NCBI GenBank assembly: GCA_001001345.1
Contig: LCKI01000003.1
Location: forward strand, 4,614-68,613
Direction of reading: 5' to 3'
Length of the DNA stretch: 64,000 nucleotides
Source of the DNA: Parcubacteria group bacterium GW2011_GWC1_45_14
GTDB lineage: Bacteria; Patescibacteriota; Minisyncoccia; Moranbacterales; GWC2-37-73
Of the stretch, positions 48,101-58,107 are shown one piece after another (position 1 is the first letter of the stretch; every line of letters starts with the position of its first letter). The notes below the pieces were generated by a model that worked only from the letters and a program-made list of their open reading frames with translations, was not told the DNA's origin and did no database searches. Position numbers and translations under genes: made by a program.

Positions 48101-48601
48101 TCCTTTCTGATATTCCATCGTAAAGAAGACTCCCGAACTCCTGATGAGCTGGCTGACCACGACTCTTTCGACTCCGTTGATTACAAAAGTTCCTCGGTCA
48201 GTCATGACCGGGAAATCTCCAAGATATATTTCCTGCTCCTTGACCTCGCCGGTCTTCTTGTTTACCAGGCGGGCTTTGGCGCGTAGAGGCGCCTCATAGG
48301 AAATGTTTTTGCTTTTGGCGGTAAGTTCGTCGTATTTAGGCTCGTCGAGATAGTAGTCTATGAATGAAAGCTCCAGATCTTTTCCTGTGAAATCCCCGAT
48401 AGGATTGACTTCATCGAAAAGCTCCTTAAGACCCTTTTCCAAAACCCACTGATATGAGTCCAATTGCCCTTCTATAAGGTTGGGCAGCGAGACCATCAGA
48501 TGCTTTCGGAAGAATTTCCTCTTGGAAAGCGATGAGGTGGAACTGTACGAATCTCTCATTTTCAGCACTTTTTTCTCTTTGAGCATAAAAACAACCCTCA
48601 C
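45164..48601 (-). CDS. rpoB: RNA polymerase beta subunit (true start may be a downstream ATG)
   Basis: SQLSQFMDQ, CPIETPEGPNIG, GDKLAGRHGNKGV, GGQRFGEMEVWALE. Confidence 0.99.
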   Translation of the reverse strand: MRVVFMLKEKKVLKMRDSYSSTSSLSKRKFFRKHLMVSLPNLIEGQLDSYQWVLEKGLKELFDEVNPIGDFTGKDLELSFIDYYLDEPKYDELTAKSKNISYEAPLRAKARLVNKKTGEVKEQEIYLGDFPVMTDRGTFVINGVERVVVSQLIRSSGVFFTMEYQKGKKLFGSKLIPNRGAWLEIDTDIAGVINVRIDRKRKIPVTALLRAFGMSSDEQIIQEFADIDKGEVNYIETTIAKDITKSQGEGYKEIYKRIRPGDLATEENAKQLIDSMFFNFEKYDFGSVGRYRMNQRLTVEREDNEENRILRLDDLILVIREIIRLNNDPNALPDDIDHLGNRRVRGVGELIQNKLRVGMARMSRNIKDRMSTCDVATVLPGQLVNSRPVAAAIKEFFSSSQLSQFMDQVNPLAELEHKRRLSAMGPGGLTRERAGFEVRDVHYSHYGRICPIETPEGPNIGLVGHMATYARINEFGFLETPYIKVMHEVEPKAELLVGRILNEEIAGGKVGEKVSEELAKKIAKEKKENVKVKPYIIEQIDYINATVEDRMVIAHATINLDDNRNIADEFVEARIKGHPGMIESTKLDYLDVSAKQCISVATSLIPFIEHDDANRALMGSNMQRQAVPCIVPQSPIVGTGIEDKAAADSGQVVLAMNDGEVVEVDAAHVVVKEKAPAGAKKDYFKRTYNLLSFQKSNAFTSMSQSPRVEKGQIVKKGQLLADGAATDNGELALGQNAVVAFVSWEGYNYEDAIILSERLLHEDRYSSIHIEDFSIDVRDTKLGPEVVTRDIPNIGEERLKNLDETGIIRIGAEVSSGDILVGKITPKGEGDLTPEERLLRAIFGEKSKDVKDSSLYLPHGEKGKIVDIKILSREQGDKLSTGVIKQIQVSIAQLRKVSVGDKLAGRHGNKGVISRIAPIEDMPHLPDGRPVDVILNPLGVVSRMNIGQILETHLGWAALHLGYKAATPALDGVTEEDIKEELKKAGLSENGKSRLIDGRTGEYFDNEVTVGVMYVMKLNHLVEDKIHMRSIGPYSLITQQPLGGKAQFGGQRFGEMEVWALEGYGAAYTLQEMLTIKSDDVLGRSKAYESIIKGEPIKSPNIPASFHVLVNELKGLCLDVELVGSLVSEEEDEDEPKTAVDIDQI

Positions 48602-48792
48602 CCGTTCTTCCCCTGCTTCGATATGATGTTTATCGGAAGCCCGAGAAGCTCGAAAATGAGTTTATATTAAGACTATTTATTTACTTAATTGTAGGTTTTA
48701 CCATTCCCGCTTGACGCGAAGTCTGTTTATAGGGGGAATTAAAAGATGTGGAATAAAGTACCCGTACTTTCCTAGTTCGTGAATGTAGATTG

Positions 48793-48821
48793 AATTTAGC
48801 ATATAAAAAAGGAACTGTCAA
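48793..48821 (-). promoter_or_regulatory. Putative rpoBC promoter
   Basis: TTGACA-17-TAAATT with extended TG. Confidence 0.6.
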
Positions 48822-48928
48822 TAGTTCCTTTTCGTCAAGTCCCTGTCCTGTTTCGCCTTTATTCACAAGTTATCCACAACGTAAAACCCGACGCGTTGTC
48901 GGGTCACGTTGCACGGCACAATAAAGAT

Positions 48929-49477
48929 TCAATTCACCGCCTTAAAGGTCGGGATGATCTTATCGAAAAGCTCGACCGATTGTTCGACGCTCCGGCTGAG
49001 GTATGTCAGGGTGATCACGTCCTCTCCCTGGATGATCTTGGCGGTCTGATTCAAAACCTCCGCTTCCACCTTCTCAATCTTCACTCCATTGGCTTCAGTC
49101 AAAGGTTGGACATTCGCGCTCTCATCGGATTCCATGGTCTGTGCAAGCAGTTTCTCGGCAGAGATATCCTCGTCAGCTTCCTCGATCATCACGCTTATTT
49201 CCTCCGCTTCACCCTCTGCCACGAATTTTCCGCTTTCGTCCTGCAGTTTCCAATTTTCAGGCAAACTGAATTCGTAACCCTCGTTGTCGTTGCGGAAAAT
49301 CTTCCACGCCCCCTCATTCTCCTTCTTGGTGGAAGCGCCGTTCTCACTGCTGATGGAAATCGTCGGTGCGCTGTCAGTCGAAATATTCATAGCGCCCTTC
49401 CAAAAGATATAAGCGAAAGTTCCAGCAACTATAAGTATCACCGCGATGGCGAACTCACTGCTAAGTTTTTTGTCCAT
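48929..49477 (-). CDS. Membrane-anchored PsbP-like protein
   Basis: N-terminal TM; WKIFRNDNEGYEFSLPENW ... FDKIIPTFK. Confidence 0.65.
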   Translation of the reverse strand: MDKKLSSEFAIAVILIVAGTFAYIFWKGAMNISTDSAPTISISSENGASTKKENEGAWKIFRNDNEGYEFSLPENWKLQDESGKFVAEGEAEEISVMIEEADEDISAEKLLAQTMESDESANVQPLTEANGVKIEKVEAEVLNQTAKIIQGEDVITLTYLSRSVEQSVELFDKIIPTFKAVN

Positions 49478-49617
49478 TTTTGATGCGCCCGCCTGAAGTC
49501 TTAAATTAGACGAAGGAGAGCTTTAAAAAAGAAATTTAATATGGTTATATTATACAACAAAAAAATCCTGCCGACAAACAGGATTTTTTCCTATGGATAT
49601 GTATTTCGAAAAATTCC

Positions 49618-49890
49618 TTACTTACGGGCGACGCTTGCAATGTTCCAAGCGTCCGCCACCGTCTGCACGATGCGCGCGGAAGTGACCGAGCTCTCCTCGT
49701 CATATACGGCGACCGCTTTTCCAACTTGCTCTTTGGAAAAACCGTTGCATCTCAATAGGTTATCTATTTCACCAAGAAGTCTTTCGGAAAGAGAAAGGTC
49801 GCCATCCCAGCCTGACTGGGCGACGATCTTATCGCCGTCTTTTATCAGCAACTTCACATTGCTTTTTTCCAAAATTATCTCCAATACCAT
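49618..49890 (-). CDS. Short TsaB-like protein (N-terminal domain only)
   Basis: SERLLGEIDNLL......K..V..............SSVTSARI. Confidence 0.55.
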   Translation of the reverse strand: MVLEIILEKSNVKLLIKDGDKIVAQSGWDGDLSLSERLLGEIDNLLRCNGFSKEQVGKAVAVYDEESSVTSARIVQTVADAWNIASVARK

Positions 49891-49896
49891 AATTTG

Positions 49897-50682
49897 TTAT
49901 TTTAATTCATCCCAATCAAAGTTCCACGGATCAGTCTTTCTTCCGGGCGCGATATCATCGTGCCCCAGGACATATTTGATGTCATAATCCCCCTTTATCT
50001 TGGCGATCAAAGCGGATACCGCTTCGTATTGTTCGCTTGTGTATCCGTCGTCATAATTTCCCACGATCTCGATTCCGATCGAAAACGCGTTAATGTTCGT
50101 CCTGCCGTCCGGCACCGAACTTACTCCGGCGTGGTAGGAAACATCATTGTCTTTCACAAGTCGGTATGCCGTGCCATTGCGACCAATGATATAGTGCGCG
50201 CTTACTCCGTAACTCTTATAGATATCTATTATCTTGTCCACGTCATATTGATCGCCCCCGAGCGAATTGAATGAGGAATGCAAAATTACCGTGTCTATTT
50301 TCCTTTCTCCGCTGACTTTCTGAAATCCGAAAGAAACCAGCCTGTCTTCGATGTCCAAAGAAGTTTCCTTCTTCGCTTGGGCAGGTTCCTTTATGATTTC
50401 CTCCGGCTTAATGACGGTTTCCGTAGGCTTTTTCTGTTCCTGTTTGAACTGCTCGATTATTTCCTCCGGGGATTTCTCGATGATTTCGTCGCGCCTGACG
50501 TCTTCATCGGCCGGAGCCTGTTCGAAAACTACCTGGGGTTCCGCGGCTTTTTCCTCTGTTTCCCCGCTTTCCTGCGAAATCTCCATTTTCCCCGCTTTAC
50601 CGCCATAAAAAATATACCAAGCCGCCATGCCTGCCACAAAAAACACCGTAATGACTATTGAAATCGCTTTTTTCTTATCCAT
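49897..50682 (-). CDS. Membrane-anchored N-acetylmuramoyl-L-alanine amidase (Amidase_2)
   Basis: VILHSS, VSAHYIIGRNG, YHAG, SIGIEI, GHDDIAPGRKTDP. Confidence 0.9.
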   Translation of the reverse strand: MDKKKAISIVITVFFVAGMAAWYIFYGGKAGKMEISQESGETEEKAAEPQVVFEQAPADEDVRRDEIIEKSPEEIIEQFKQEQKKPTETVIKPEEIIKEPAQAKKETSLDIEDRLVSFGFQKVSGERKIDTVILHSSFNSLGGDQYDVDKIIDIYKSYGVSAHYIIGRNGTAYRLVKDNDVSYHAGVSSVPDGRTNINAFSIGIEIVGNYDDGYTSEQYEAVSALIAKIKGDYDIKYVLGHDDIAPGRKTDPWNFDWDELK

Positions 50683-50826
50683 AAGCTTTTATATAATACG
50701 AAAATGCCATATTTTTATTTTAAACTAAAGAAAAAAGCGGATCCACCCACCTTTTTAACATATCTATTATAGCAAGACTTTATCTAGTCGTCCAAAACCC
50801 AGACATCAATATACTGGTTTTTTATA

Positions 50827-50855
50827 TTGACTTCGACCACCTCCCCTGTTACAAT
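50827..50855 (+). promoter_or_regulatory. Sigma-70 promoter
   Basis: TTGACT-17-TACAAT with extended TG. Confidence 0.65.
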
Positions 50856-50915
50856 CATTTGAACCTGCGGTTATTTAAAAGCAACATAAAATACGCCAAA
50901 AAAAGGAGATCCACG

Positions 50916-51500
50916 ATGCCGGAAAATTCAAGCGCTCCAACCTTGAAACCTAGCGTTCCGATGACCGTGAACCAGATACACGTACTGAAGACATTCATAC
51001 ATCTCAGTACTTCCGTGTTAGGAGGGGAGGCCTGCAGGCTTCGGCACGCGGCCATAAGAATCTGTGAATACTTGAACAAGCAGAATGTCTCCATCTCCAT
51101 CCAAACGGTCTATGCTTCGCTAGATTCCCTGGTTAAAATCGGCTTCCTGGCAATCTCTTCCAAACTGCGACTGCCCAAGGAAAGGACCGATTCCAAGTCT
51201 TACGACTTGAACAGAAGCTTCTACGACAACCATGACTATCACAAGGTCGAATCGTGGGAATGGCAGGCCCTCCTCAAACAAAGACGGGGCGAAAAGAAAG
51301 AAAAAGCGACCCCTCTCGAGCAACTCCTGCGGCCAGCCAAAAAGAAATTGACTGAACTGGAAAAACAGGTTGAAGACTTGCGAAAAAAAACGAACAAGCC
51401 GCAAGAAAAAATACTCCAGAAAAAAAGACAGATGGCCGAAATCAAAAAGGCCATGCAAAAACTCAAAGAAAGCGCAACCGCGCTCAAAGAAGTCATCTAG
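50916..51500 (+). CDS. Hypothetical protein (possible winged HTH plus coiled coil)
   Basis: AAGGAG SD; SIQTVYASLDSLVKIGFL; K/E-rich C-terminus. Confidence 0.6.
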   Translation: MPENSSAPTLKPSVPMTVNQIHVLKTFIHLSTSVLGGEACRLRHAAIRICEYLNKQNVSISIQTVYASLDSLVKIGFLAISSKLRLPKERTDSKSYDLNRSFYDNHDYHKVESWEWQALLKQRRGEKKEKATPLEQLLRPAKKKLTELEKQVEDLRKKTNKPQEKILQKKRQMAEIKKAMQKLKESATALKEVI

Positions 51501-51556
51501 CAAAGCGCATCAAAAAAGGAGCAGCCATCGGCCGCTCCTTTTTCAATTTCCTTTTT

Positions 51557-52297
51557 CTAATCCTTCTTCCCGAATTTCTCGAAAGCCCGAAGGACCTCGA
51601 TCGGGGTAGCGAAAATAACCGTATTGGACTGGTCTGACGAAAGATCATTCAAGGTATGCAGGGTTCGAAGGTGCAAAGCCCCGTCATGCCCGGAAAGAAT
51701 GCTGGCGGCCTTGGCGATGTTTTCGGCGGCGATAACCTCTCCCGAAGCTTTAATGATGACCGCCCTCTTCTCCCTCTCGGCCTCGGCCTGCTTGCCGATT
51801 ACCCTCTTCATCTCTTCCGGAAGAGTAACATCCTTGAGTTCCACGGACTGCACTTCAATTCCCCAAGCGTCCGATGCCTTGTCCACAATAGCCCTGATCT
51901 TTTCCGCAATCTGGTCGCGACTCGAAAGCAACTGATCCAGATCAACCTCTCCCACCACATTCCTCATCGTGGTCTGAGCCAGTTGGGAAACCGCGAACAA
52001 AAAGTTTTCAACTTCGATAATCGCTTTTTCCGAGTTGGAAACCTTGTAATAGATGACCGCGTTTACTCTGACTGAAATGTTGTCCTTGGTGATCGCCTCC
52101 TGATCCGGCACGTCCACTGCGCGCACACGGATATCCACCTTTTGGTAGCTCTGGAAAATCGGAACAACCAATCTCCAGCCAGGCTCCATAATGCCGACAT
52201 ATTTTCCTAACATGAACTTCACGCCTTTTTCATATTGATTGATCTGCTTGATGGAAACGAGCAGAACCGCCGCGATAAAAAGTAAAAAACCTGTCAT
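51557..52297 (-). CDS. SPFH/band-7 (stomatin/slipin) protein
   Basis: ITKDNISVRVNAVIYY, AQTTMRNVVG, QAEAEREKRA. Confidence 0.93.
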   Translation of the reverse strand: MTGFLLFIAAVLLVSIKQINQYEKGVKFMLGKYVGIMEPGWRLVVPIFQSYQKVDIRVRAVDVPDQEAITKDNISVRVNAVIYYKVSNSEKAIIEVENFLFAVSQLAQTTMRNVVGEVDLDQLLSSRDQIAEKIRAIVDKASDAWGIEVQSVELKDVTLPEEMKRVIGKQAEAEREKRAVIIKASGEVIAAENIAKAASILSGHDGALHLRTLHTLNDLSSDQSNTVIFATPIEVLRAFEKFGKKD

Positions 52298-52334
52298 ATT
52301 TTTGTTCGTTTATTAATTAACCAGATGCCACGAT

Positions 52335-53108
52335 TTATTTGACCTCGTAATTAAGACCCATTTCTACGACGATTTCCTGCGTTCCGGTCGGCACATTGGC
52401 CGATGATTCCTTCGCGTCTCCGCCGTAACCCAAAGATGAGAACACCGGCCTAGGCTCCGGGGAACCGAGGACGTTCTCATACCAGCCGACTATCTTTCCC
52501 AATCTCGTTCCAGTGACCTGACTGAGCTCGGCCGCCTTGGCTTTCGCATCCGCAACCGCCAAAATCCTAGCCTGTTGGCGAAGGTCGCTCACCGAAGAGA
52601 CATCGAACGAGATTCCATTCACCTGGTTAGTGCCGGCTTTTCCCGCCTCGGCTATCACGGCGCTGACCGCATCCTTGTCCTCCTGGATATTTTCAACCTT
52701 GATGGAAAGCTGCTGCGCGGCGTTATATCCGGACTGCACGCTGCGCCCTTCCACAAAATCATATTGCGGATAGACGGAGTAGTTTTGCGTCTGGATGTTC
52801 TCCCTTTTGACTCCTGTCGCCACTACGGATTCGACGACTTTGTTGATTTTCTCATTGAGCTGGTTGAGCGCGCTCTCCGCTGTTTGGGCTTTGTCTATCT
52901 GGACCCCCAAAGTCACGACCGCGATGTCGGGCTGGTAAGCTACCTTTCCTTGCCCCGTGACCGTCACCTGGTTTTCCCTGGGACTCACGATCCTTTCGCG
53001 CACGAGCGCCGTGATCACGACGGCACCCACCAACAAAATCCCCGCCAGCATCAAGACGGCTTTGGGCTCCTTCCATCTCTCGCCCACAAGAACGGTTCTC
53101 TCTTCCAT
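52335..53108 (-). CDS. SIMPL (DUF541) domain protein
   Basis: VTVTGQGKV...PD.A.VTLGV, IQTQNYSVYPQYD, AVADAKAKA. Confidence 0.9.
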   Translation of the reverse strand: MEERTVLVGERWKEPKAVLMLAGILLVGAVVITALVRERIVSPRENQVTVTGQGKVAYQPDIAVVTLGVQIDKAQTAESALNQLNEKINKVVESVVATGVKRENIQTQNYSVYPQYDFVEGRSVQSGYNAAQQLSIKVENIQEDKDAVSAVIAEAGKAGTNQVNGISFDVSSVSDLRQQARILAVADAKAKAAELSQVTGTRLGKIVGWYENVLGSPEPRPVFSSLGYGGDAKESSANVPTGTQEIVVEMGLNYEVK

Positions 53109-53267
53109 ATTTTTTTATTAATAAATTAAAAAGCACCTTGAAAGACTTTACTGCTCTTATATTACCACAAAACCGGTATAAAAATAACACCGCTGGTGGA
53201 AATATTCCACTCCATTGACCCTGTTAAATCCGCTTTCAGCGGTGCCGCGCTCGGCAATTTAACAGGG

Positions 53268-53323
53268 TTGACACCTTTTGCGCGCCATAGTATAAAGGAT
53301 AAGTATATACCCCCCTGGGGTAT
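53268..53323 (+). promoter_or_regulatory. RND operon promoter with a CsoR/RcnR-type operator
   Basis: TTGACA-17-TATAAA; ATACCCCCCTGGGGTAT at 53307-53323. Confidence 0.7.
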
Positions 53324-53350
53324 CATTAATCAATAACTAATTTATCCAGG

Positions 53351-53457
53351 ACTTACGCGTTTTGCTTCTTGGAATTTCCGGCAATATTGTTTTTTGCGCA
53401 CTGCCGGCCGACTCGGGAGGGAAAGGCAAGCAAAAAACAATATTTGTCGGAAAACCA
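53351..53457 (+). ncRNA. Candidate structured leader, copy 1
   Basis: Near-identical to 58108-58218; long stem with a compensatory change between copies. Confidence 0.55.
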
Positions 53458-53487
53458 ACTAATCTCGTAATTAACTATTATCCAAAA

Positions 53488-54648
53488 ATGAAAAAACTTA
53501 AATTTATCCTGCCGGCAGGCATGGCACTGGCAGCTATCGCGTTCATCTCTTTAGGAGCCGGCTTTGAAGACAAAGAAAGCGTTAAAGATTCCCTCAAACA
53601 AGTATCCGTCCAAACGGCGGAAATAGGAACGATCGAACGCGTCGGGCAATATTCCGGCATAGTGAAAGGAGCGAACGAAACCCAATTATCACCGAAAATA
53701 TCAGGGACTATCCGAAGCCTTCTGAAAAATGAAGGTGATTTCGTAAGGGCCGGAGAGCTCCTGGCTACGATAGACAGCTCGGAGCTGCAAGCCGAATCGG
53801 CCCTGGCCAAGGAAAACATCTCAGCAAACGAAAGTTCCCTGAAAGAAACCGGTGATTATTACGACCAGCTGGTCGATGAGGCCAAATCCGCCTTGAAAAA
53901 ATCGGAAAGAGCTTATGACATAGCGAAAGAAAGTTCCGATCAGGACAGCGAGGACTTGGCCGCAAGAGATTTGGAGAAAGCTCAGGAAGCAGTGAGCAGC
54001 GCAAAAAGACTCCGAGACCTGCAGATAAGCTCCACCAAGGGCCAACTGGACCTATCGAAAAAACAACTTGGCGTGGCCGATGCTTACTTAAAAAATTCCC
54101 GTATAGTCGCCCCTTTTTCCGGAGTGATAACAGCTAAAAATTCCCAATTGGGATCACTGGCTGCTCCGGGAAGCCCGATATATTCACTTTCCTCATCCGA
54201 CAAGAAAGAGGTTTTGATTTCCGTGGCCGGAGAAGAAGCCGAGAGAATGGAAGTTGGACAAGCGGTGAAGATATCCCTGGAAGGACAAGATGAAACCGAA
54301 GGGAAAATAATCTCAATCAGCCCTGTTTCCGACTTTAAAGACCGCAAGTCCAGCATAAGGATAGCGGTGTCCGAAGAGGTCAGACTCGGCTCCTATGTGC
54401 AAATCTCCATTCTACTCGAAAAGAAAGATTCTATCTTGGTTGTTCCGACCGAAGCGATCGTGAAAAAATATCATGACACCTTCATCTATGTATCCGAAAA
54501 TGGAAAAGCGGCGCAAAGGGCCGTGGAGACAGGGATAGCGCAAAACGGATCGACGGAAATAGTTTCCGGGTTGAGCGCGGGAGAAATATTGATCACCAAG
54601 GGACAGCATTACCTGCGAAATGGCGACACGATCGGATTTCAAAATTAA
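53488..54648 (+). CDS. RND efflux membrane-fusion (adaptor) protein
   Basis: LSPKISGTI..L...EGDFVRAGELLA, IVAPFSGVIT, VPTEAI, EIVSGL.AGE. Confidence 0.92.
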   Translation: MKKLKFILPAGMALAAIAFISLGAGFEDKESVKDSLKQVSVQTAEIGTIERVGQYSGIVKGANETQLSPKISGTIRSLLKNEGDFVRAGELLATIDSSELQAESALAKENISANESSLKETGDYYDQLVDEAKSALKKSERAYDIAKESSDQDSEDLAARDLEKAQEAVSSAKRLRDLQISSTKGQLDLSKKQLGVADAYLKNSRIVAPFSGVITAKNSQLGSLAAPGSPIYSLSSSDKKEVLISVAGEEAERMEVGQAVKISLEGQDETEGKIISISPVSDFKDRKSSIRIAVSEEVRLGSYVQISILLEKKDSILVVPTEAIVKKYHDTFIYVSENGKAAQRAVETGIAQNGSTEIVSGLSAGEILITKGQHYLRNGDTIGFQN

Positions 54649-54663
54649 AAATTGCGAATAAAC

Positions 54664-57600
54664 ATGTCTATGGAAAATAAAGCGGAAAAACTAGGCCTTC
54701 CGGGAAAGATGACCAGGTTCTTTTTGGAAAACAGGGAGTTCGGGATATTGAGCATGATAGTCATTTTTGCCTGGGGCATATTCAGCTTTTTCACAATGCC
54801 AAAGCAATACAACCCTGAGATAGTGGCTCCGGCTTTCAACGTCGTCACAGAATTTCCGGGCGCGGACAGCGAAGAGGTGTATGAGCTCATCACCCGCCGC
54901 ATGGAAGACAAAGTCAAAGAAATCCCTGCAGTGGACGAAGTGATGTCCCGCTCCATGGAAGGAGGAACGAGTATCGTAACGGTCAAATTCCATATCGGGG
55001 AGAATCTGGAAAACGCGAAGATAACCTTGGCGCAAAAACTTCGCGACAATATGGGACTGAAACCCCTGGGAGCCGAGGATCCCCAAATAGCATCCATCGA
55101 TCCGGAAGACATCCCCATTATGAATCTGGGGCTCACTTCGGAAACTTTTTCCGAAGAATCGTTGCGCTCCTTGGCTTTCGACCTGGCCGACAGGCTTAAG
55201 CAGGTCGAAAAAACCTCGAACATTGAAATCAAGGGAGGAAAAACCAAGCAACTGAGCGTTAATTTCGACGCCGGAAAAATCAATCTCTATGAAATTACCT
55301 TGGATGGAGCCTTGGAAATCATAAAACAAAACAATCTCAACTCCATCCCGGGCGTCATCGACGGATTCCAACAAAACTTCACCGTGGAAATAAGGGGGTC
55401 CATCGAAAACGCCGAGAATATGGGAAAGGTAATTATAAAACAAAGCCCTTCCTCGACCGTCCGCCTCTCCGACGTCGCCGATATCACCTATGACGGCGGC
55501 GAGATAGAAAACTACATGAGGCTTTCCCAAAAAGATTCTTCCCTGCCTGTCGTCAACATCGCGATTTCCAAACTCAAGGGGAGCAACGTGATGACGGTTT
55601 CAAAAGATCTGGAGAAAGAAATCGTAAATCTGCGCGAAAATTTCCTGCCGGACGGAGTCAAGATGGAAATACTCCGGGACGACGGCGCGGTGGCCAGCGA
55701 AGCTGTCTTGGGACTGACGTCGAATCTTTTCACTTCGGTCCTGATAGTCGCCCTGGTGCTCTTGGTTTTCTTGAGCTTCAAAAGCGCGCTGATCGTCGCC
55801 GTTTCCATACCCCTGACCCTGGCCGCCGTTTTCGGTATCGGCAGCTTGGCCGGACAAAATATCAATCGAATAACCCTTTTCGCGCTGATATTATCCCTTG
55901 GACTGCTGGTGGACAGCGCGACCGTCGTTATTGAGAACATCTGGAGGAAGTTGAAAGCCGACAAGGTTTCCAGTAAAAAGGAAATCATCATAAGAGCAGT
56001 GGATGAGGTGGGAATGGGACTTTTTATGTCCACGGTCACAACCATCCTGGCTTTCTATCCGATGGCTTTCGTAACCGGCATGATGGGACCATATATGGGA
56101 CCTATTCCCTTTTTCGTTCCGGCCGCCCTCATCGCCTCGCTTTTGATATCCTACACGATAAATCCTTTCCTGGCCGATATCTTGATCAAAAAACATGACA
56201 CTGACGATCAGGAAAAAACCGCCAACGCCAAACAAAAAATTTCAAACCGCCTCATGGATTCGATCCGCAAAAGATACGCGGACTTATTGAAAGACCTGCT
56301 TGAAAATGACAAAAAAAGAAAGTTTGTCATTTTGTCTTGCGTAGCCGCGTTTTTCCTAGTTATGACTTTTCCCGTCTTCCAGATCGTCAAATTCAGGATG
56401 CTTCCGAAAGCGGACAAGGAGCAATTTTATCTGTACCTCGATCTCCCTTCGGGTTCTTCCCTGGAAAAGACCGACGGCATATCCAAGAAAATAGAGGAAT
56501 TTCTTTTGAAAAAAGAGACTGTCACGAAAATCCAGAGCTTCGTGGGAGATCCGCAGATAGTCGACTTCAACGGACTTTTCAAGGGGAGCGACGCCAGGAC
56601 CGGGGAAAACCAGGCGACCTTGAAAATAAACCTTGTTCCCAAGCAATCAAGGAAAGAAACTTCGGAACAAATAGCTCTCGCGATAAGGGAGGAGCTCTCG
56701 GACGAATTGCAAAATGAGCCCGACGCGAAAATAAAGATCGTCGAGGATCCGCCGGGACCTCCGGTGCTTTCGACGGTCTTGGTAAAAATACAGGGAGACA
56801 ACATCCGGAGATCGAAAGAAATCGCCCTCGACATGGAGGCTGCCCTGAAAAATATCAGCGAAGTGGTGGATATCGACAATTCCCTGGATGAAAACAGCGT
56901 GGAATATGTCCTCAGAATAGACCAAGAGAAGGCCGGGTCTTTCGGGGTTTCTTCCGCCCAAATTTCAAACGTGCTAAGGACCGCGCTGAGCGGAAGCGCC
57001 GTCGGGATATATCACAAAAACGACGACTCCCGATTGCGAAAACCGGAGCCGGAATATATCGTCGCCAGACTTAAAAAGCAGGACCGCGACCAAGAAGAGG
57101 ACCTTGCCAAAATTTGGATATCAAACTCAAAAGGAGAACATATTCCCCTGCTCGAGATAGCCCGGGAGGCGGACTCCGAAGCCAAGGAAACGATCTATTC
57201 GGACGAGAGAAGAAAGACTTCCTACGTCTCGGCTGAAATGGGAGAGCGGAGCTCCGCTTACGCAATGATCGATATGCTCAAGTTCCTCCGTTCATATGAA
57301 TTGGAAAACGGGAATGGAAAAATATCATCCTGGTCCCTTTTCGGGGTCGATTACGTCGACAAAGAAACTGGTGAAACTTTTTCTGTCGCCCTCGACGGCG
57401 AATGGAAACTGACCCTGGAAGTTTTCCGGGATTTGGGAATAGCCATGGCAGTCGCTATTTTTCTGATATATTTCGTCCTGGTCGCGCAGTTCCGCTCGTT
57501 GAAAGTCCCATTGTTGGTCATGGGAACCATTCCGTTGGCCATGATAGGTGTCATGCCTGGATTCGCCCTGCTGGGAGCGATCAAAGGAACCTATTTCAAT

Positions 57601-57921
57601 GCCACCTCGATGATCGGGGTCATAGCTCTTGCCGGAATCGTAGTCAACAATGCTATTATACTTTTGGAGTATCTCAATGAATTGAAGGCGAGAAAATATG
57701 GCATCCGGGAGGCGCTGTTGGAAACCGGAAAAACAAGATTCCTGCCGATCATACTCACTTCCATAACGACGATCCTGGGATCGCTCACGATCATCAGTGA
57801 TCCGGTCTGGGAAGGCCTGGCCTGGTCAATCATCTGGGGACTTTCCCTTTCTACCGCCCTGACCCTCGTCATATTCCCCCTCCTCTACTACACGTTCGAA
57901 AAAAATAATTGGGAAAAATAG
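54664..57921 (+). CDS. RND-family permease (AcrB/CusA-like)
   Basis: SIPLT, GLLVDSATVVIEN, GIVVNNAIILLE, RFLPIILTS. Confidence 0.95.
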   Translation: MSMENKAEKLGLPGKMTRFFLENREFGILSMIVIFAWGIFSFFTMPKQYNPEIVAPAFNVVTEFPGADSEEVYELITRRMEDKVKEIPAVDEVMSRSMEGGTSIVTVKFHIGENLENAKITLAQKLRDNMGLKPLGAEDPQIASIDPEDIPIMNLGLTSETFSEESLRSLAFDLADRLKQVEKTSNIEIKGGKTKQLSVNFDAGKINLYEITLDGALEIIKQNNLNSIPGVIDGFQQNFTVEIRGSIENAENMGKVIIKQSPSSTVRLSDVADITYDGGEIENYMRLSQKDSSLPVVNIAISKLKGSNVMTVSKDLEKEIVNLRENFLPDGVKMEILRDDGAVASEAVLGLTSNLFTSVLIVALVLLVFLSFKSALIVAVSIPLTLAAVFGIGSLAGQNINRITLFALILSLGLLVDSATVVIENIWRKLKADKVSSKKEIIIRAVDEVGMGLFMSTVTTILAFYPMAFVTGMMGPYMGPIPFFVPAALIASLLISYTINPFLADILIKKHDTDDQEKTANAKQKISNRLMDSIRKRYADLLKDLLENDKKRKFVILSCVAAFFLVMTFPVFQIVKFRMLPKADKEQFYLYLDLPSGSSLEKTDGISKKIEEFLLKKETVTKIQSFVGDPQIVDFNGLFKGSDARTGENQATLKINLVPKQSRKETSEQIALAIREELSDELQNEPDAKIKIVEDPPGPPVLSTVLVKIQGDNIRRSKEIALDMEAALKNISEVVDIDNSLDENSVEYVLRIDQEKAGSFGVSSAQISNVLRTALSGSAVGIYHKNDDSRLRKPEPEYIVARLKKQDRDQEEDLAKIWISNSKGEHIPLLEIAREADSEAKETIYSDERRKTSYVSAEMGERSSAYAMIDMLKFLRSYELENGNGKISSWSLFGVDYVDKETGETFSVALDGEWKLTLEVFRDLGIAMAVAIFLIYFVLVAQFRSLKVPLLVMGTIPLAMIGVMPGFALLGAIKGTYFNATSMIGVIALAGIVVNNAIILLEYLNELKARKYGIREALLETGKTRFLPIILTSITTILGSLTIISDPVWEGLAWSIIWGLSLSTALTLVIFPLLYYTFEKNNWEK

Positions 57922-58107
57922 TATCCGAGTTGGAGTTTTTGCAAAACTACTTTCTTTTTGGTCCGTTGATGACGACAGGAATCAAGAGCTCTTGGTCATA
58001 GATTTCGACTGAGAGCGTGCCGAAAAAGAAAGCAGATAGAGCAAAAAATTTTCCAAGAAACCTAAATTGCGCATAACTGATTATCCGTAAAAAATTATCA
58101 ATATGGA

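Noticed and set aside
41555-48286. Many long ORFs antisense to or overlapping rpoB/rpoC (similar ones over recA, the sigma gene and the RND pump)
   Set aside because: Shadow ORFs of conserved genes caused by codon bias
49618-49890. tsaB pseudogene
   Set aside because: Clean ORF tightly coupled to the upstream gene with no frameshifted remainder; more likely a naturally short form
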